A stretch of DNA of 64,000 nucleotides from Dehalococcoidales bacterium (GTDB taxonomy: Bacteria; Chloroflexota; Dehalococcoidia; Dehalococcoidales; Fen-1064). Within the stretch, counting starts at the first letter, position 1; each line of letters begins with the position of its first letter. The stretch spans positions 135-64,134 of the forward strand of contig DATKWT010000091.1 in NCBI GenBank assembly GCA_035529395.1. Direction: 5' to 3'. The notes under the pieces were generated by a model. It did not search any database, was not told the origin of the DNA, and saw nothing but the letters and a program-made list of their open reading frames with translations. The translations under genes were made by a program, and so were the position numbers. Shown piece by piece: positions 61,669 through 64,000 of this stretch.

Positions 61669-64000
61669 ACGCACCGGAGCGCTCGCAGGATAGGCAGGTG
61701 AACCAACTCAGCCGTACCCAGATTGCGCGGGCGACGTTCCAGGCGGCGGAGAGCATGGGTATTTCGGACAGGAACCATATAGAGCGGCTCACCAGGCGGG
61801 TTATCGAGCGGCTGGAAGAGAAACGGACTACCCTTACTCAGGGTAATATGGGGCCAGTCCGGCCTCTGCCCGGGATGGAAGACCTGATGCCGAAGTCCTA
61901 CCGCCAGCAGAAACACCTGACCAGCGAATCGGAGATACTGGAGATGGTCAAGGAGTTCCTGGATGCCGAAGAACCGACACAAATTCAGGAGGTAATACCA
62001 AAGATGAAGGTTGTCAGGGATTTGAGCACCGATAGAGTAGCTGTCTCCGGATTGCACCTTACGGAGAATGCACAGCGTGTGCTTGAAAAGCGGTACTTGC
62101 GGAAGGACGGAGAAGGGCAGGTTGTCGAGCAACCGGAAGAGCTGTTCCACCGGGTAGCGCGAGCTATTGCTGCGGCAGAAGCTACCTATGGCTCCCAAAA
62201 AGATGCCGATACCTGGGAAGCAGAGTTTTACCAGGTTATGACCAGCCTGGAATTCCTGCCCAATTCCCCCACCCTGATGAATGCCGGCCGTGAGCTCGGG
62301 CAGCTATCCGCCTGCTTCGTCCTGCCGGTCGAGGACTCCATGGAGTCGGTCTTCAATGCCGTGAAGAATACGGCCTTGATACACAAGAGTGGCGGCGGGA
62401 CCGGGTTCTCATTCTCTAAGCTGCGACCGGAAGGCGACCATGTAGGTTCCACCGGTGGTGTGGCCAGTGGCCCTGTTTCCTTCATGCGTGCATTTGATAC
62501 CGCTACCGACGTAATCAAGCAGGGAGGGATGAGACGCGGTGCCAATATGGCCATCCTGAGAGTTGACCATCCTGACATCATGAAGTTTATCACGGCCAAG
62601 GATGACCCTACTGCCTTCACCAACTTCAATCTGTCCGTAACTGTCACCAATGAGTTCATGGAAGCGGTCAGGACCGGAGGGGACTACAACCTGGTGAACC
62701 CGCGTACCGGGCTGGTGGTGAAGACCCTGAACGCGAAAGAAATGTTTGACATAATCGTGGCAAATGCCTGGAAGACGGGTGACCCCGGGATTGTCTTCAT
62801 CGACCGGATAAACGAGCATAACCCCACCCCGCATCTGGGTAGTATCGAGAGTACGAACCCCTGCGGCGAGCAACCCCTGCTGCCTTATGAATCCTGTAAC
62901 CTGGGTTCAATAAACCTGGCCAGAATGCTCCATGATGTCGATGGCAAGACCGAGATTGACTATCCCAAGCTGGCAGAAACGGTAAAGGTTGCCGTCAGAT
63001 TTCTTGATGATGTCATTGAGGTCAACCAGTACCCGATACCGGATATTGCCGAGATGACCAGGCAGACCCGCAAGATAGGTCTGGGTGTGATGGGCTTTGC
63101 CGACATGCTGCTCCAGCTTGGCCTTCCCTACAATTCGGAGGAAGCGATGCAGGTGGCGCGGGATGTCATGGAGTATATACAGATCGAAGCCACGGCAGAA
63201 TCGAAGCAGTTGGCTACCGAGAGGGGAGTCTTCCCGGCCTTCAAGGACAGTGTCTACGATAAGCCCGACGGCATCAAGGTGAGAAATGCCACTAGAACTA
63301 CCATCGCGCCCACCGGCACCCTGTCTATAATCGCCGGTTGCTCCAGTGGTATCGAGCCACTCTTTGCCCTGAGCTACGTACGAAATATCCTCGATGGTGC
63401 CCGGATGGTGGAGGTAAATCCCTATTTTGAGGAGGTGGCCAGGAAGGAGGGCTTCTATTCTGACGAGCTCATGGAAAAGCTGGCTAACGGCATCAGTCTA
63501 CATGATATTGAGGGTATCCCCGACCATGTGAAGCGATTGTTTGTCACTGCCCACGAGATTAGTCCGGAGTGGCATGTACGGATGCAGGCTGCTTTTCAGA
63601 AAAACACCCACAATGCGGTATCCAAAACGGTCAACTTTCCACGCCAGGCGACCAGAGAGGATATCGCCAACGTTTATAATATGGCCTACGAGCAAGGGCT
63701 GAAAGGAATAACCACTTACCGTGACGGTAGCCGTGAGAATCAGCCGATGAGTACCGGTGCCGCCGCGGAGGAAGCGGGGGAGACCATGATTGCCCCCCGG
63801 AAGCGGGCCAAGATGACGACCGGGATCACGGAGCGGGTACGTACCGGATGCGGGTCCCTGTATGTTACGGTAAATTCTGATGAGTACGGGATTTGCGAGG
63901 TCTTCTCGACTTTGGGGAAGTCCGGCGGGTGTGCCTCGGCACAGCTGGAAGCCACCTGCCGCCTCATTTCACTGGCGCTGCGGGCAGGCATGGACGCAGA
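61665..64000 (+). CDS. nrdJ: Class II (adenosylcobalamin-dependent) ribonucleotide reductase, 3' truncated by the window edge
   Basis: The open frame has no stop to the window end and is absent from the ORF track for that reason. Motifs are LEKRYL, LSACFVLPV, GGGTGFSFS.LRP and STNPCGEQPL. The ATG at 61665 overlaps the nrdR stop (ATGA). An alternative in-frame start at 62004 follows AGGAGG. Confidence 0.85.
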   Translation, partial: MNAPERSQDRQVNQLSRTQIARATFQAAESMGISDRNHIERLTRRVIERLEEKRTTLTQGNMGPVRPLPGMEDLMPKSYRQQKHLTSESEILEMVKEFLDAEEPTQIQEVIPKMKVVRDLSTDRVAVSGLHLTENAQRVLEKRYLRKDGEGQVVEQPEELFHRVARAIAAAEATYGSQKDADTWEAEFYQVMTSLEFLPNSPTLMNAGRELGQLSACFVLPVEDSMESVFNAVKNTALIHKSGGGTGFSFSKLRPEGDHVGSTGGVASGPVSFMRAFDTATDVIKQGGMRRGANMAILRVDHPDIMKFITAKDDPTAFTNFNLSVTVTNEFMEAVRTGGDYNLVNPRTGLVVKTLNAKEMFDIIVANAWKTGDPGIVFIDRINEHNPTPHLGSIESTNPCGEQPLLPYESCNLGSINLARMLHDVDGKTEIDYPKLAETVKVAVRFLDDVIEVNQYPIPDIAEMTRQTRKIGLGVMGFADMLLQLGLPYNSEEAMQVARDVMEYIQIEATAESKQLATERGVFPAFKDSVYDKPDGIKVRNATRTTIAPTGTLSIIAGCSSGIEPLFALSYVRNILDGARMVEVNPYFEEVARKEGFYSDELMEKLANGISLHDIEGIPDHVKRLFVTAHEISPEWHVRMQAAFQKNTHNAVSKTVNFPRQATREDIANVYNMAYEQGLKGITTYRDGSRENQPMSTGAAAEEAGETMIAPRKRAKMTTGITERVRTGCGSLYVTVNSDEYGICEVFSTLGKSGGCASAQLEATCRLISLALRAGMDA

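Overview
A 64-kb window from an anaerobic bacterium, roughly 55-60% GC judged by eye. The gene content looks Chloroflexota/Dehalococcoidia-like, which is an inference. It rests on a TAT-less RdhA homologue, a Wood-Ljungdahl (WL) operon, a dcw cluster reduced to mraZ-rsmH-ftsA-ftsZ with no peptidoglycan genes, and nrdR-nrdJ.

Layout:
- 0.4-2.2 kb: MacB-type ABC exporter.
- 2.5-3.2 kb: AT-richer GNAT gene.
- 3.4-13.3 kb: an iron/metallocluster island. Gene order is DUF134 regulator, Fur, four Gly/Arg-rich DUF5320-like proteins, a NifX-like protein, two MinD-type ATPases with ferredoxin inserts, two FmdB zinc ribbons, a second NifX-like protein, Mrp/ApbC, IscU, a second Fur, and FeoAB.
- 13.8-23.0 kb: a CoA-thioester redox cluster with an HdrD-like CCG protein, a FadH-like enoate reductase, a ferredoxin, a CoADR/Nox-type flavoprotein and three family-III CoA-transferases. 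tRNA-His interrupts it.
- 23.1-29.8 kb: a fab/ribosomal cluster (HAD, acpP, nusB, fabG, fabD, fabK, rpmF, yceD). An opposite-strand orphan reductive-dehalogenase homologue and a MITE-like repeat split it.
- 30.0-30.7 kb: an AT-rich toxin-antitoxin islet.
- 30.9-32.9 kb: a radical SAM gene, a DsbA-like gene with an in-frame UGA at the redox cysteine (candidate selenoprotein), and a small zinc ribbon.
- 33.0-56.2 kb: a 23-kb run of minus-strand genes. It holds a third Fur, a ferredoxin, a NuoE/F/G'-like diaphorase, a methyltransferase, holA, a carboxyltransferase, a thiolase, ccdA, and the WL operon cooC-fhs-cooC-folD-acsD-cooS-acsB-acsC-acsE-DUF3786.
- 56.9-64.0 kb: mraZ-rsmH-ftsA-ftsZ and nrdR-nrdJ (3' truncated by the window).

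The most interesting signals are these:
- The uncharacterised DUF134/DUF5320/NifX-like/MinD-ferredoxin module sits inside iron-homeostasis genes, and Arg/Gly-rich tails recur on seven of its proteins.
- The candidate Sec-DsbA.
- Two dispersed non-coding repeat families.
- The orphan cytoplasmic RdhA homologue inside the fab cluster.

All calls come from reading the sequence and the ORF track. No database search was run.
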